NCBI GenBank assembly: GCA_964406665.1
Contig: CAYOSQ010000001.1
Span: forward strand, 7,412-71,411
DNA: 64,000 bases
Reading direction: 5' to 3'
Origin: an uncultured Planctomycetia bacterium
Lineage (GTDB): Bacteria > Omnitrophota > Gorgyraeia > VGKH01 > JBHPFN01
The position numbers were made by a program, and so were the translations under genes. This document shows, piece by piece, positions 33,376-41,974 of this stretch. The notes beneath the pieces are model-generated. The model saw only the letters and a list, made by a program, of their open reading frames with translations. It was not told where the DNA came from and ran no database searches. The stretch's first letter is position 1, and each line of letters starts with the position of its first letter.

Positions 33376-34566
33376 ATGTCCACATTAATTGGCATCGGGG
33401 TCAGCTCGTCTGCCGACGCACAACGGGCCGCTCGCGAAGCAACGCAATTAGCAAAATTTCAAATAGGTCAAGAAGACCTTGATTTAATTATAGCTTTCTC
33501 CTCTCTGCGCTCGAGCCATCAAAACATCATTACTGGTATTCGAGAGGTTGCCTCAGCTGCTAAAATTATCGGCTGTTCTACCGCAAGCGTTATACTCAAT
33601 TCCGGAGTCGAAAAAGACACTGTTGCTATCATGGCTATCCGCTCAAAACAGATGAAGTTCGGATTAAGCTGTGAAGCTGATTTAGCAGGAAAAGATCCGC
33701 GTGCCGCAGGACAAAACCTAGCAAAAGCAGCCATGGCCAATTTAGGATACGGACACCGTAATGTTTTTACTATGTTTTCCGACGGACTGATCCAAAACAC
33801 AACAGATATTATCCGGGGAGTCCAGGATGTGCTGGGAAAAAGCTTTCTTTTTATTGGCGGTGCTGCCAGCGATGATTTACGATTTACAACAACATACCAA
33901 TATTTCCAAAACCAAGTTCTTACCGATAGCGCTCTGGGTCTGCTCTGGGGAGGAGATATTCACTATGGCTTTGGTATTCAGCATGGCTGGAAACCGATAG
34001 GTAAAGCCAGAACAGTAACTTCGTGTGAAGGCAGAATAATTAAAACCATAGATAACGCTGCAGCAATCAGCATCTATAAAGATTATTTTGGAGAAGAAGC
34101 AAACAATCTTTATAAAACAAAATTGGCGCGGACTGCTATTCTTTATCCTTTAGGTATTTATTTAGAAGATGAACAAGAGCATATTTTACGTAACGTACTG
34201 GAAGTAACCGAGGATGGCTTTCTTGTTTGCCAAGGAGACATACCCAAGGGTGCATCTATACGCCTGATGATTGGTAACAAAGACTCATGCATACAGGCCG
34301 CAAGACAAGCAGCAGAAGAAGCAAAAAATATGTTGCATTCTAAGCAGCCAAAATTTATTATGGTAATTGATTCTGTTTCCAGAAATAAGCTTCTGCAGAG
34401 AAACGCTGTGAAAGAAATTGAAGCGATAACAGAGGTGTTTGATAAAAGTGTTCCGTTAATCGGTTTTTACAGTTTTGGCGAAAGCGCTCCGCTTAAAACG
34501 CTAGGCTATCAAGGACAAGCATACTTTCACAATGAAGCTATTGCTATATTGGTAATAGCAGAATAA
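33376..34566 (+). CDS. FIST-domain sensory protein. The track start at 33325 is a TTG; the ATG at 33376 with an AAAGGAAA RBS is preferred.
   Basis: STLIGIGVSSSADAQRAAREATQLAKFQIGQEDLDLIIAFSSL...IIGCSTASVI matches the FIST N/C-domain pattern. Confidence 0.55.
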   Translation: MSTLIGIGVSSSADAQRAAREATQLAKFQIGQEDLDLIIAFSSLRSSHQNIITGIREVASAAKIIGCSTASVILNSGVEKDTVAIMAIRSKQMKFGLSCEADLAGKDPRAAGQNLAKAAMANLGYGHRNVFTMFSDGLIQNTTDIIRGVQDVLGKSFLFIGGAASDDLRFTTTYQYFQNQVLTDSALGLLWGGDIHYGFGIQHGWKPIGKARTVTSCEGRIIKTIDNAAAISIYKDYFGEEANNLYKTKLARTAILYPLGIYLEDEQEHILRNVLEVTEDGFLVCQGDIPKGASIRLMIGNKDSCIQAARQAAEEAKNMLHSKQPKFIMVIDSVSRNKLLQRNAVKEIEAITEVFDKSVPLIGFYSFGESAPLKTLGYQGQAYFHNEAIAILVIAE

Positions 34567-34571
34567 AAACT

Positions 34572-36083
34572 ATGGACTCATTACTGCAAAATTTAAGCGT
34601 TGATGTAATCATTGACTGGCTAGGTTATATTTCACTGTTTTGTGTTATCTGCCTTATAGTAGTGCTTCTGGGAAAGGGAGAAAAAATAAAACAGCAGCGA
34701 CAAAGCTTGGAAAAACTACAAAAATCTTTTGACCAACTTGACGAACAAGCAAAGCTAATCGTTAAGACAGACCTTGAGCTTAATAAAACCCAGGAAGAGC
34801 TAGATAAAAAGGTTACTGGATTATATGCCTTACAAAGCATCTCTCACCTGGTCAGTACTACGCTTGATGAAAACGAAATTTTTGCACGCATCAGCCAAAA
34901 TTTAGTTGCCTCTCTAGGATTTGAAAAAGCGCTAATACTTATGTTCGATAAAGAACATAAAAACGTCTGGAAAACCACCTTAGGGTTTTCACAGGAACAA
35001 TTAAACATGTTTTTGATTCTTCTGGAAAAAGATCCTATCTTAAAGCAAGCAGCAAAAGAAGGCAAAACAATTAACTCATCTCATGTTTCCATAAAAGAAA
35101 TTGAACAGCTTTCTCAAACAATAGATGTTGCTTTTTTCATTATTTCTCCTATCCTAACCCAAGATGGAGTAATCGGTATCATGCTTGTGGGAAATAGCTC
35201 GATGGCTCCCGCCCTAACCGAAGGTGACCAAGAAATTGTTTCTATTCTCTCCACTCAATTGGGACAATCTATAGAAAATGCTCGCTTATTTGAACAAGTT
35301 TATAATTCCCATCAAGATCTGGAAAAGAAAGTAAAGATCAGAACCAAAGAACTCGCCGAGGCACTGGAGCAGGTCAAAAAAATCAGCAAAGCAAAATCGC
35401 AATTTGTCTCAGCTGTTTCACACGAATTAAGAACTCCTCTTACATCTATCAAAGGATATGCGGCAATTTTAATGGCCGGGACAATCGGTGAAATACCTGA
35501 TAAAATAAAAGAACGTCTTGAAAAAATAAATAAACACAGCGATAGTCTGGTTCAGCTAATAAACAACCTTTTAGATATTTCCAGAATTGAATCCGGCAGA
35601 GTCGCAATGAAACTTGAAGAGTGTGACTTAAAAGAAATGGTTCTTTCTGTTGCTGATATGCTGGTTCCTCAAACTAAAGAAAAGAAAATCAAGCTCGTGG
35701 CCAATGTGCCAGAAAACCTTTCTAAGATTTCAGCAGACACAAGTCAGATAGAGCGCGTATTTATTAATCTTTTAAGCAACGCAATAAAATTTACTCCGGA
35801 AAATGGTACAATAACGGTAGATATAAAAGAGATCCCCGGCGAAGCTATTGAAGCTTCTGTAACAGACACAGGTGTTGGTCTTGCCGAGGATGATCTTGCT
35901 AATGTATTTGAAGAATTTTACCGAGTAGACAATGCAATTAACCAAACGGTTAAAGGAACCGGCCTTGGGCTGCCTCTGGTAAAATATATTGTTGAAGCTC
36001 ATCAAGGAAAAATCTGGGTAAAGAGTACGCCAAACGAAAAAACTACTTTCACTTTTACTTTACCAAAAAAACAACAGGGATAA
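34572..36083 (+). CDS. Sensor histidine kinase (TM anchor, coiled coil, GAF-like domain, HisKA and HATPase_c domains)
   Basis: H-box SHELRTPLTSIKGY, N-box LLSNAIKFTPENG, G-boxes DTGVGL and GTGLGLPLV. Confidence 0.8.
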   Translation: MDSLLQNLSVDVIIDWLGYISLFCVICLIVVLLGKGEKIKQQRQSLEKLQKSFDQLDEQAKLIVKTDLELNKTQEELDKKVTGLYALQSISHLVSTTLDENEIFARISQNLVASLGFEKALILMFDKEHKNVWKTTLGFSQEQLNMFLILLEKDPILKQAAKEGKTINSSHVSIKEIEQLSQTIDVAFFIISPILTQDGVIGIMLVGNSSMAPALTEGDQEIVSILSTQLGQSIENARLFEQVYNSHQDLEKKVKIRTKELAEALEQVKKISKAKSQFVSAVSHELRTPLTSIKGYAAILMAGTIGEIPDKIKERLEKINKHSDSLVQLINNLLDISRIESGRVAMKLEECDLKEMVLSVADMLVPQTKEKKIKLVANVPENLSKISADTSQIERVFINLLSNAIKFTPENGTITVDIKEIPGEAIEASVTDTGVGLAEDDLANVFEEFYRVDNAINQTVKGTGLGLPLVKYIVEAHQGKIWVKSTPNEKTTFTFTLPKKQQG

Positions 36084-36086
36084 AAT

Positions 36087-37022
36087 ATGTTAAAAACAAA
36101 AATCTTAACAGTTGATGATGATCCAGACATTCTGGATATTTTAAAGATTACCTTAACCGATGCTGGATACGAAGTAATCTCTGGGTCCGATGGAGAAAAA
36201 GGCCTACAGCTGGCTAGAACAAAATCTCCTAATCTTGTAATACTTGATTTTAATATGCCTAAGATGAACGGCCGCGAGGTCTGCCGGACATTAAAAGAAG
36301 ATATTCTCTTGCGACACCTTCCTATTATCATGCTTACCGGAAGGGGAGAAATCACTGATAAGGTTGGTGGAATAGAAGCCGGTGCGGACGATTATATAGT
36401 AAAACCTTTTGAGCCACAAGAACTCTTAGCTAGAATAAGAATGTTGCTGCGTAAAACAGAACGCGATCTTGATGCCAATCCTCTCTCTCGCCTTCCTGGA
36501 AACGTTTCCATTATGAGCGCACTGCAACAGCGTATTGATGGAAAATCAAAGTTCGCCGTAGGCTATGTAGATTTAAATAAATTTAAGGCATATAATGATA
36601 AGTATGGCTTTGAGCACGGAGATGATGTTATTAGAGAAACTGCTCGTATAATTTTAAGGACCACTAAAGCGCTCGGAGACCCTAATGACTTTACCGGACA
36701 TATTGGCGGAGATGATTTTGTTTTTATTACCTCTCTTGATAAATCCGATGCGATCTGCAAAAAAATAATTCAGGATTTTGATGCTTGTGCTCCTAGTTTT
36801 TATAATGAAGATGATCGGGCCAAAGGGTTTATTGCTGGTAAAGACCGCCAAGGAAATATGAGAGAAATCCCTCTGCTCTCTGTCTCTATCGGCGTAGTTG
36901 CTAATGATTCACGCGAAATTACTCACGTTGCAGAAATCGGAGAAATCGGAGCAGAGTTAAAAGAATACGCTAAAAGTCTTAAAGGAAGTAACTATGTAAA
37001 AGACAAGCGAAAAGAGATATAG
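36087..37022 (+). CDS. Response regulator with a receiver domain plus a GGDEF-family domain carrying a non-canonical GGDDF motif and no RxxD I-site
   Basis: REC: ILTVDDDPDILDIL..D...LVILDFNMPKMNG. GGDEF domain: LSRLPGN...VGYVDLNKFKAYNDKYGFEHGDDVI...HIGGDDFVFI. Confidence 0.7.
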   Translation: MLKTKILTVDDDPDILDILKITLTDAGYEVISGSDGEKGLQLARTKSPNLVILDFNMPKMNGREVCRTLKEDILLRHLPIIMLTGRGEITDKVGGIEAGADDYIVKPFEPQELLARIRMLLRKTERDLDANPLSRLPGNVSIMSALQQRIDGKSKFAVGYVDLNKFKAYNDKYGFEHGDDVIRETARIILRTTKALGDPNDFTGHIGGDDFVFITSLDKSDAICKKIIQDFDACAPSFYNEDDRAKGFIAGKDRQGNMREIPLLSVSIGVVANDSREITHVAEIGEIGAELKEYAKSLKGSNYVKDKRKEI

Positions 37023-37040
37023 TTAGTTGTTTAATCAATT

Positions 37041-38213
37041 ATGATAAATAAATTAAAAACCGTTGCTCAATTTTTACTTATTATTCTTCTGGTAGTTTTT
37101 GTCTGGCTACATATAAAACCTGGCCTTGCACCCTACTTCACTAACAAGGGTGAAGAATACATGCAAAAGGGTGAATTAAGCGAAGCGATAGATTTTCTCA
37201 AAATTGCAACGATGCTTGATTCTCAAAATGCACAAATACGGATAGACCTAGGAAAAGCGTATAAGAATAATAAACAACTTGTACCGGCTGTTGGCGAATT
37301 AAGAAAAGCAATCGATCTTAACCCCCTCGCCTCAGATGCATATCAGCTACTCGCCGCGGCTTACCTGCAGCAAAATAATTTCTCAGAGGCAATAGTAATT
37401 TTGAAGGAAGGCCTTACTATAAATCCAGATAACGTATCTGCCAAAAACCTGCTGGAAAAAAGCAAACAAGACTATATCAAAAATCAGCTTCTTGAAGCAT
37501 CTGATGCTTACGCCAATAAAGAAATTGAAAAGGCAGAAAAGCTTCTTTTGGGCGCATCAAAGTTAAAACCAAGTTATTTGTATAATGCATACATGGTAAA
37601 AAACTTGCCTCCTATAGAAAAATCCCAAAATGATATTGTTGATGCGTTAAAAGCGGTAATCAAGGCTAACTCAAAAGATAAAACGGCTTATAGATTACTT
37701 GCCGACCTTCATCTTGAGAATGCTGAATTCAAGCGAGCCATAGACTATTACAGAAAATATTTAACACTTGAAGAAAATGAATTAGCCATCCGCAACAATC
37801 TGGCTATATGCTTTAATCAACTGGGTAAATTAGATGAAGCAATAAATGAATATCGCATAGCGCTTTCTCTTGAACCAGACAATACAGATGTTATTTACGG
37901 CTTAGCATCCACCTATAAAGAAATGCAAATGCATGAAGAAGCTATTAACCTTTATAATCACCTGATTAAAATTAAGCCAGAGTTACCCTACCTATATACA
38001 GACTTAGGAAGCATCTATAAAGACCTTGGGTTTTATAAAAAAGCCGTAGAATATTTAAATACAGCAATAAGTGTCGCTAAACAAAATCTCATAAATGATA
38101 CATCGGATATGATAGCAAGATTAGTTCTTGCAGAAGCTAGGTGGCTAAATAAAAATATTGTAATTGAAGAAAACATTAACGAAGAAATAAACCAACAAAG
38201 GGGGGAAGAATGA
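37041..38213 (+). CDS. TPR-repeat protein with an N-terminal membrane anchor
   Basis: Multiple 34-residue repeats with the A/Y/L TPR pattern. N-terminal helix VAQFLLIILLVVFVWL. Confidence 0.6.
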   Translation: MINKLKTVAQFLLIILLVVFVWLHIKPGLAPYFTNKGEEYMQKGELSEAIDFLKIATMLDSQNAQIRIDLGKAYKNNKQLVPAVGELRKAIDLNPLASDAYQLLAAAYLQQNNFSEAIVILKEGLTINPDNVSAKNLLEKSKQDYIKNQLLEASDAYANKEIEKAEKLLLGASKLKPSYLYNAYMVKNLPPIEKSQNDIVDALKAVIKANSKDKTAYRLLADLHLENAEFKRAIDYYRKYLTLEENELAIRNNLAICFNQLGKLDEAINEYRIALSLEPDNTDVIYGLASTYKEMQMHEEAINLYNHLIKIKPELPYLYTDLGSIYKDLGFYKKAVEYLNTAISVAKQNLINDTSDMIARLVLAEARWLNKNIVIEENINEEINQQRGEE

Positions 38214-38563
38214 AGTTTGCAAAGAAAACCTGCATTGCCATACTTATCATCTTATGCTTGTTAAGCTTAACCTGTTCACCTGCATTCGCTCAGAGAGCGC
38301 TAAGAAAACTAGGAAGAGGAGTTACTAATGCCGCTTTGGGTTGGACTGAAATATTAACCTGCATAGAGCTTACCGGGAAAGAATCTGGACCAATGGCTGG
38401 AGCGTCTTACGGATTGTTAAAAGGACTGGTAAATTCTGCGTTGCGCACTGTTGTTGGACTATATGAAACAGTGACGTTTATTGCTCCTGCTCCGGAAGAA
38501 TATAAGGTAATTCTTGAGCCGGAATTTCCTATGCAAAAAGAAATGTTGAAGCTCGCTGATTAA
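38210..38563 (+). CDS. Small secreted protein resembling the exosortase-system-associated TIGR04073 family
   Basis: Signal peptide followed by LRKLGRGVTNAALGWTEIL...GLLKGLVNSALRTVVGLYETVTFIAP, which matches my recollection of the TIGR04073 consensus (KLGRG..N...GW.E...G...G...G..R...G..E..TF). Confidence 0.4.
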   Translation: MKFAKKTCIAILIILCLLSLTCSPAFAQRALRKLGRGVTNAALGWTEILTCIELTGKESGPMAGASYGLLKGLVNSALRTVVGLYETVTFIAPAPEEYKVILEPEFPMQKEMLKLAD

Positions 38564-38599
38564 GATTAATTAAAAAGTATTTGTATGGTTGAAATAGCT

Positions 38600-38634
38600 G
38601 TGCCCGCCTAATTTCAGGCGGGCACAATTTTTTT
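38600..38634 (+). terminator. Rho-independent terminator
   Basis: A 9 bp GC-rich stem GTGCCCGCC/GGCGGGCAC with an 8 nt loop, followed by TTTTTTT. Confidence 0.6.
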
Positions 38635-38648
38635 ACCTTAATTAATTC

Positions 38649-38735
38649 TGGTGCGCGGGAGAGGACTTGAACCTCCATGAGATTACTCCCACTACCCCCT
38701 CAAAGTAGCGCGTCTGCCAATTCCGCCACCCGCGC
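38649..38735 (-). tRNA. tRNA-Leu (anticodon GAG), long variable arm, CCA encoded
   Basis: Reverse complement GCGCGGGTGGCGGAATTGGCAGACGCGCTACTTTGAGGGGGTAGTGGGAGTAATCTCATGGAGGTTCAAGTCCTCTCCCGCGCACCA. Anticodon loop TTGAGGG. Confidence 0.75.
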
Positions 38736-38813
38736 ATTTATTCAATAAAAAGGCGGCCCACACAACACGAGGGTCGCCAATGTGTGCTACAAAAACTTTA
38801 TATCTTCGTAATA

Positions 38814-39008
38814 TTATCTGCTATACGGATTTTCTTCATCAGTTTCACCGCCGTGATACACCTCAGCTCCACCCTCAGAAAGACCACCTACTGTTTCCAT
38901 TGTCTTTCCTGCAACCTTACCGGTCTCTTTCGCAGCGCCATGGACTGTTTCACAACCTAAAACTGAAGCAGCAAATAATAAAATATATAATCCCAAAAAT
39001 AGTCTCAT
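38814..39008 (-). CDS. Small lipoprotein (64 aa, entericidin-like)
   Basis: Signal peptide with lipobox VLGC, then Gly/Ala/Lys-rich GAAKETGKVAGKTMETVGG. Confidence 0.4.
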   Translation of the reverse strand: MRLFLGLYILLFAASVLGCETVHGAAKETGKVAGKTMETVGGLSEGGAEVYHGGETDEENPYSR

Positions 39009-39017
39009 ATATTCTCC

Positions 39018-39923
39018 CTATTCTGTTATTAAATCACCCTTCATAATTTCCATAGCACATGTTGGGGATAATTCAGCCTTAGAAAATTTATCTTGGACTT
39101 CTGTTATTTTAATATCTCCTATTTTTGCACTTTCTTTACCTAGTTCCATTCCGGTTTCAGGATCAATTAATGCTTCTCCTTCACGATAAACATCAAAAGT
39201 CTGTCCAGATTTTACACCAGCATTTTCCCCGGAGTTTACGTAAACTTTTCCTTCTTTTACTAACATTACTCTTCCTCGCCAAGGAATATCTTCCATTTGT
39301 TTAGTTGTATAAACAACGGCTCTGTCGATCGCCATCTGGACTGCTTTCCCTAAAGGAGTTTTCTCAAAACTTGATGTGCCAATACTAAAATTACCGCTGT
39401 ATCCGATTGAAAAACCTCCGGCCTTAGCTTCTCCTTCTACTCTTTTAGAATGAAGTATTTCACCGGTAGTAGAATCAATCAGCTGAATAATAACTGCAAC
39501 GTGGGCTGTTGATTTTTTGCCACCTATAGTAACTCCGCTTATAGAAAATCCCTGCTCTCCTCCGGAGGTATTTTCCTGAAATTCGGTAATCTGACCTTTT
39601 ATCAAAATCTGGGCAGGAACAATTTTTCCGGTCTTCGCAGATTTTGCTTTTGCAAAACGTCCGCTTGCAGCTAAATCTTGCTCAGCCATAACCACATCTA
39701 GGTCTTTTCTGGTTAAAACAATAAACTTACCGCTTGTAATCAACGCATCAGAAAGCTGTGTTGAAAAATCTTGACCTAAATTACCTATACTTGTATAGCC
39801 AGAATCATTTTTGAAATCAAAAACTGCAACTGTTTTCTTAAGTGCGCTTGCACAATATGCCTCGCCTACAAAAGCGACGTTGGCAACCATGCTTAAAATC
39901 AGCATAAAAATAAAATAGCGCAT
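39018..39923 (-). CDS. csgG: CsgG-family lipoprotein (curli-type secretion channel subunit homolog)
   Basis: KKTVAVFDFKNDSGYTSIGNLGQDFSTQLSDALITSGKFIVLTRKDLDVVMAEQDLAASG matches the CsgG N-domain pattern (TVAV.DF.N.TG...G..L.D.L...L..SGRF.V.ER..L..V..EQ.L..SG). Confidence 0.65.
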   Translation of the reverse strand: MRYFIFMLILSMVANVAFVGEAYCASALKKTVAVFDFKNDSGYTSIGNLGQDFSTQLSDALITSGKFIVLTRKDLDVVMAEQDLAASGRFAKAKSAKTGKIVPAQILIKGQITEFQENTSGGEQGFSISGVTIGGKKSTAHVAVIIQLIDSTTGEILHSKRVEGEAKAGGFSIGYSGNFSIGTSSFEKTPLGKAVQMAIDRAVVYTTKQMEDIPWRGRVMLVKEGKVYVNSGENAGVKSGQTFDVYREGEALIDPETGMELGKESAKIGDIKITEVQDKFSKAELSPTCAMEIMKGDLITE

Positions 39924-39945
39924 GTAACCTCCTTTTAGTTAAAAG

Positions 39946-40563
39946 TTAATAACAAATATGCTCCGCTAAATTATCGAGATTAACGCCCTCGGTTAATACA
40001 TCGATTTTTTCTCTATTAAGATTATAAACACTGTAATTAATTTTTCCCTGCGCATCTTGTTGAATTATAACATAATTACTGTTGTTATTAGGACATGTAA
40101 AAACACTAAAATCCACACCGCTATCAACTATAAACTCTTCGTTGCTTACTAAATTCATCCCATAAACAACGCTGGCCCCGGCAGGAGATAGCCCGGTATA
40201 AAAAACAAAATCTTCTCCCGATGAAAACAATATCCCTTGCTGCGCTTCATCATTAGTCGTATATTCAACAAATATGGTTTTTTCACTATTGTTTTTATCA
40301 ACTATCCATATTTTCTGTTTGTATCTTGGTTCGGCTTTACGTCTAAATACGTCAAGGGCTTCTTCTACTGAGGAAGATTCTGTTTTGACATCCCATTTAT
40401 CTAGATCGTAAGAAGAATATTTTGCTTGCGGAATATTTACAGCTTGTTGGGTTTTAGATTGTTCTGCAGAAATTTTAGCGCCAACAGGACAAGCAGCATC
40501 CTGTTCAGCAAACACAAAACTAGCAAACGTTAAGCATAAAATAAAGGTCAAGAATACCTTCAT
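39946..40563 (-). CDS. Hypothetical secreted protein. The start is reassigned to the internal Met (MKVFLTFILCL signal peptide), because the 22-codon N-terminal extension in the track is the repeat element.
   Basis: The track ORF 39946-40629 begins inside the inverted copy of the tRNA-Gln-associated repeat. A GGAG motif precedes the internal ATG. Confidence 0.45.
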   Translation of the reverse strand: MKVFLTFILCLTFASFVFAEQDAACPVGAKISAEQSKTQQAVNIPQAKYSSYDLDKWDVKTESSSVEEALDVFRRKAEPRYKQKIWIVDKNNSEKTIFVEYTTNDEAQQGILFSSGEDFVFYTGLSPAGASVVYGMNLVSNEEFIVDSGVDFSVFTCPNNNSNYVIIQQDAQGKINYSVYNLNREKIDVLTEGVNLDNLAEHICY

Positions 40564-40596
40564 ATCATCTCCTTTTATAAAGGTTTTTGGTAAATG

Positions 40597-40670
40597 TTGC
40601 CCTGCCCGCAAAAAATAGGGGCTGTGCAAATTTCCGCTGAATAAAAATTTAGGAAAATTTGCCCTGAATT
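40597..40670. repeat. Inverted partial copy of the 146 bp repeat family found next to tRNA-Gln
   Basis: The reverse complement of 40597-40670 is about 90% identical to 41690-41750 (GGGCAAATTTTCCTAAATTTTTATTCAGCGGAAATTTGCACAGCCCCTATT...). Confidence 0.6.
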
Positions 40671-40853
40671 AAGCGTTAGCTAAGCTGTAATCGTGTTAAT
40701 TAAATTAACATACTTATAATTGTTTTTCAAGCTTTTTCTATAGTAGAGAAATGGTCGCTGAGCTTATGATTTTATCTATTGAATATGTTATACTTTAGTG
40801 GTAGCATAGATACGAAAATTCAATAAAGAATTCAATAAAACAGGGAGAGCAAT

Positions 40854-41267
40854 ATGAAAATTCTTATAACAACATTAATCGCTTTAGGATTATGTTTTAG
40901 TGCATTTGCTGCTGACTATTCCACATTAAACGATACAAGTATGGCTGTATTATTAAAAGTAGTGCCTAGATTAAGGGCCTTGAGTCGTGATTTCGCAGAA
41001 AGTAAAGGCTTGCTAGCTGCCAACGTTCCCGCACAACTACAAACCGAAGCCTTGCAAGGATTACTTAAGCCCTACGGTATGACTGAAGAAGAGTTTTCCC
41101 AACTTATGCAAAAACTAGCCATAGGATTTACAAAGATCAAGGCTAAAGAAAAAGATGCTCCTATAAAATCTTACGGCTTCGAACAACTAGAAGGACCCTC
41201 GATTCAAGAGATGGGCGTTATCAGACGCAATCTGCCCAAACTAGAAAAAATTCTAGCAACTCAGTAA
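40854..41267 (+). CDS. Hypothetical secreted protein (137 aa)
   Basis: N-terminal signal peptide LIALGLCFSAFAADY. A GGAG RBS precedes the ATG. Confidence 0.45.
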   Translation: MKILITTLIALGLCFSAFAADYSTLNDTSMAVLLKVVPRLRALSRDFAESKGLLAANVPAQLQTEALQGLLKPYGMTEEEFSQLMQKLAIGFTKIKAKEKDAPIKSYGFEQLEGPSIQEMGVIRRNLPKLEKILATQ

Positions 41268-41323
41268 TATCTATCTCCTACCAAATAAAAAAGAAGGGAT
41301 TACCCTTCCTAAATATATAAATC

Positions 41324-41398
41324 TGGCTGCCCCGCCTGGACTCGAACCAGAACTAATTGATCCAGAATCAATCGTGCTACCAATTACACCACGGGGCA
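41324..41398 (-). tRNA. tRNA-Gln (anticodon CUG), U1:A72 pair, CCA encoded
   Basis: Reverse complement TGCCCCGTGGTGTAATTGGTAGCACGATTGATTCTGGATCAATTAGTTCTGGTTCGAGTCCAGGCGGGGCAGCCA. Anticodon stem ATTGA/TCAAT, loop TTCTGGA. Confidence 0.7.
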
Positions 41399-41750
41399 AA
41401 TTTTCCTAAATTTTCTCCTAGCGGAAATTTGCACAGCCCCTATTTTGTGGGCGGGGCAAATAAACAAAAAATCTTTTATATAGCGTAATTTTGCCCAGTC
41501 CTTGTTTCCGATACGCTCCGTTTCAGAAAAACAAGGGCGGGGCAAATTTTCCTAAATTTTCTCCTAGCGGAAATTTGCACAGCCCCTATTTTGTGGGCGG
41601 GGCAAATAAACAAAAAATCTTTTATATAGCGTAATTTTGCCCAGTCCTTGTTTCCGATACGCTCCGTTTCAGAAAAACAAGGGCGGGGCAAATTTTCCTA
41701 AATTTTTATTCAGCGGAAATTTGCACAGCCCCTATTCGTGAACAGGCAAA
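41389..41750. repeat. Direct tandem repeat, about 2.5 copies of a 146 bp unit, beginning inside the 5' end of tRNA-Gln
   Basis: Unit GGGCGGGGCAAATTTTCCTAAATTTTCTCCTAGCGGAAATTTGCACAGCCCCTATTTTGTGGGCGGGGCAAATAAAC...CAGAAAAACAA. Copies start at about 41389, 41535 and 41681; the third copy is diverged. Confidence 0.7.
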
Positions 41751-41771
41751 ACTTCCTTGATTTTTTAAAAC

Positions 41772-41972
41772 CTACCAAAGGTTTTCTTTTATCCAATCGT
41801 CAGTCTTTTTGATACCTTGAAAAACACAACCGGCACCATTGGCAACGCCTTTAGCATCCTCTTTCAATCCTGTGGCGGCACCTTGAACTATACCTTTAGC
41901 GGTAGAGCATCCTGCGCAAAAAACAAACGCTGCCAAGAACAACATTATAATCGAAGTTTTTTTTGAATGCAA
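41772..41972 (-). CDS. Small lipoprotein (66 aa, entericidin-like)
   Basis: Signal peptide with FCAGC, then CSTAKGIVQGAATGLKEDAKGVANGAG. Confidence 0.4.
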   Translation of the reverse strand: MHSKKTSIIMLFLAAFVFCAGCSTAKGIVQGAATGLKEDAKGVANGAGCVFQGIKKTDDWIKENLW

Positions 41973-41974
41973 GT

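Noticed and set aside
38780-39046. 88 aa plus-strand ORF
   Set aside because: It is antisense to the small lipoprotein gene and the end of csgG. The lipoprotein reading has a signal peptide and lipobox, and the plus-strand ORF has none.}
41476-41691. 71 aa ORF within the tandem repeats next to tRNA-Gln
   Set aside because: It is composed entirely of repeat sequence with no coding signal. The similar N-terminal extension of ORF 39946-40629 is the inverted repeat copy, and the real start is the internal Met.}
41389-41750. Possible CRISPR array
   Set aside because: The repeat unit is 146 bp with no unique spacers and no cas genes. It is a tandem direct repeat, not CRISPR.}
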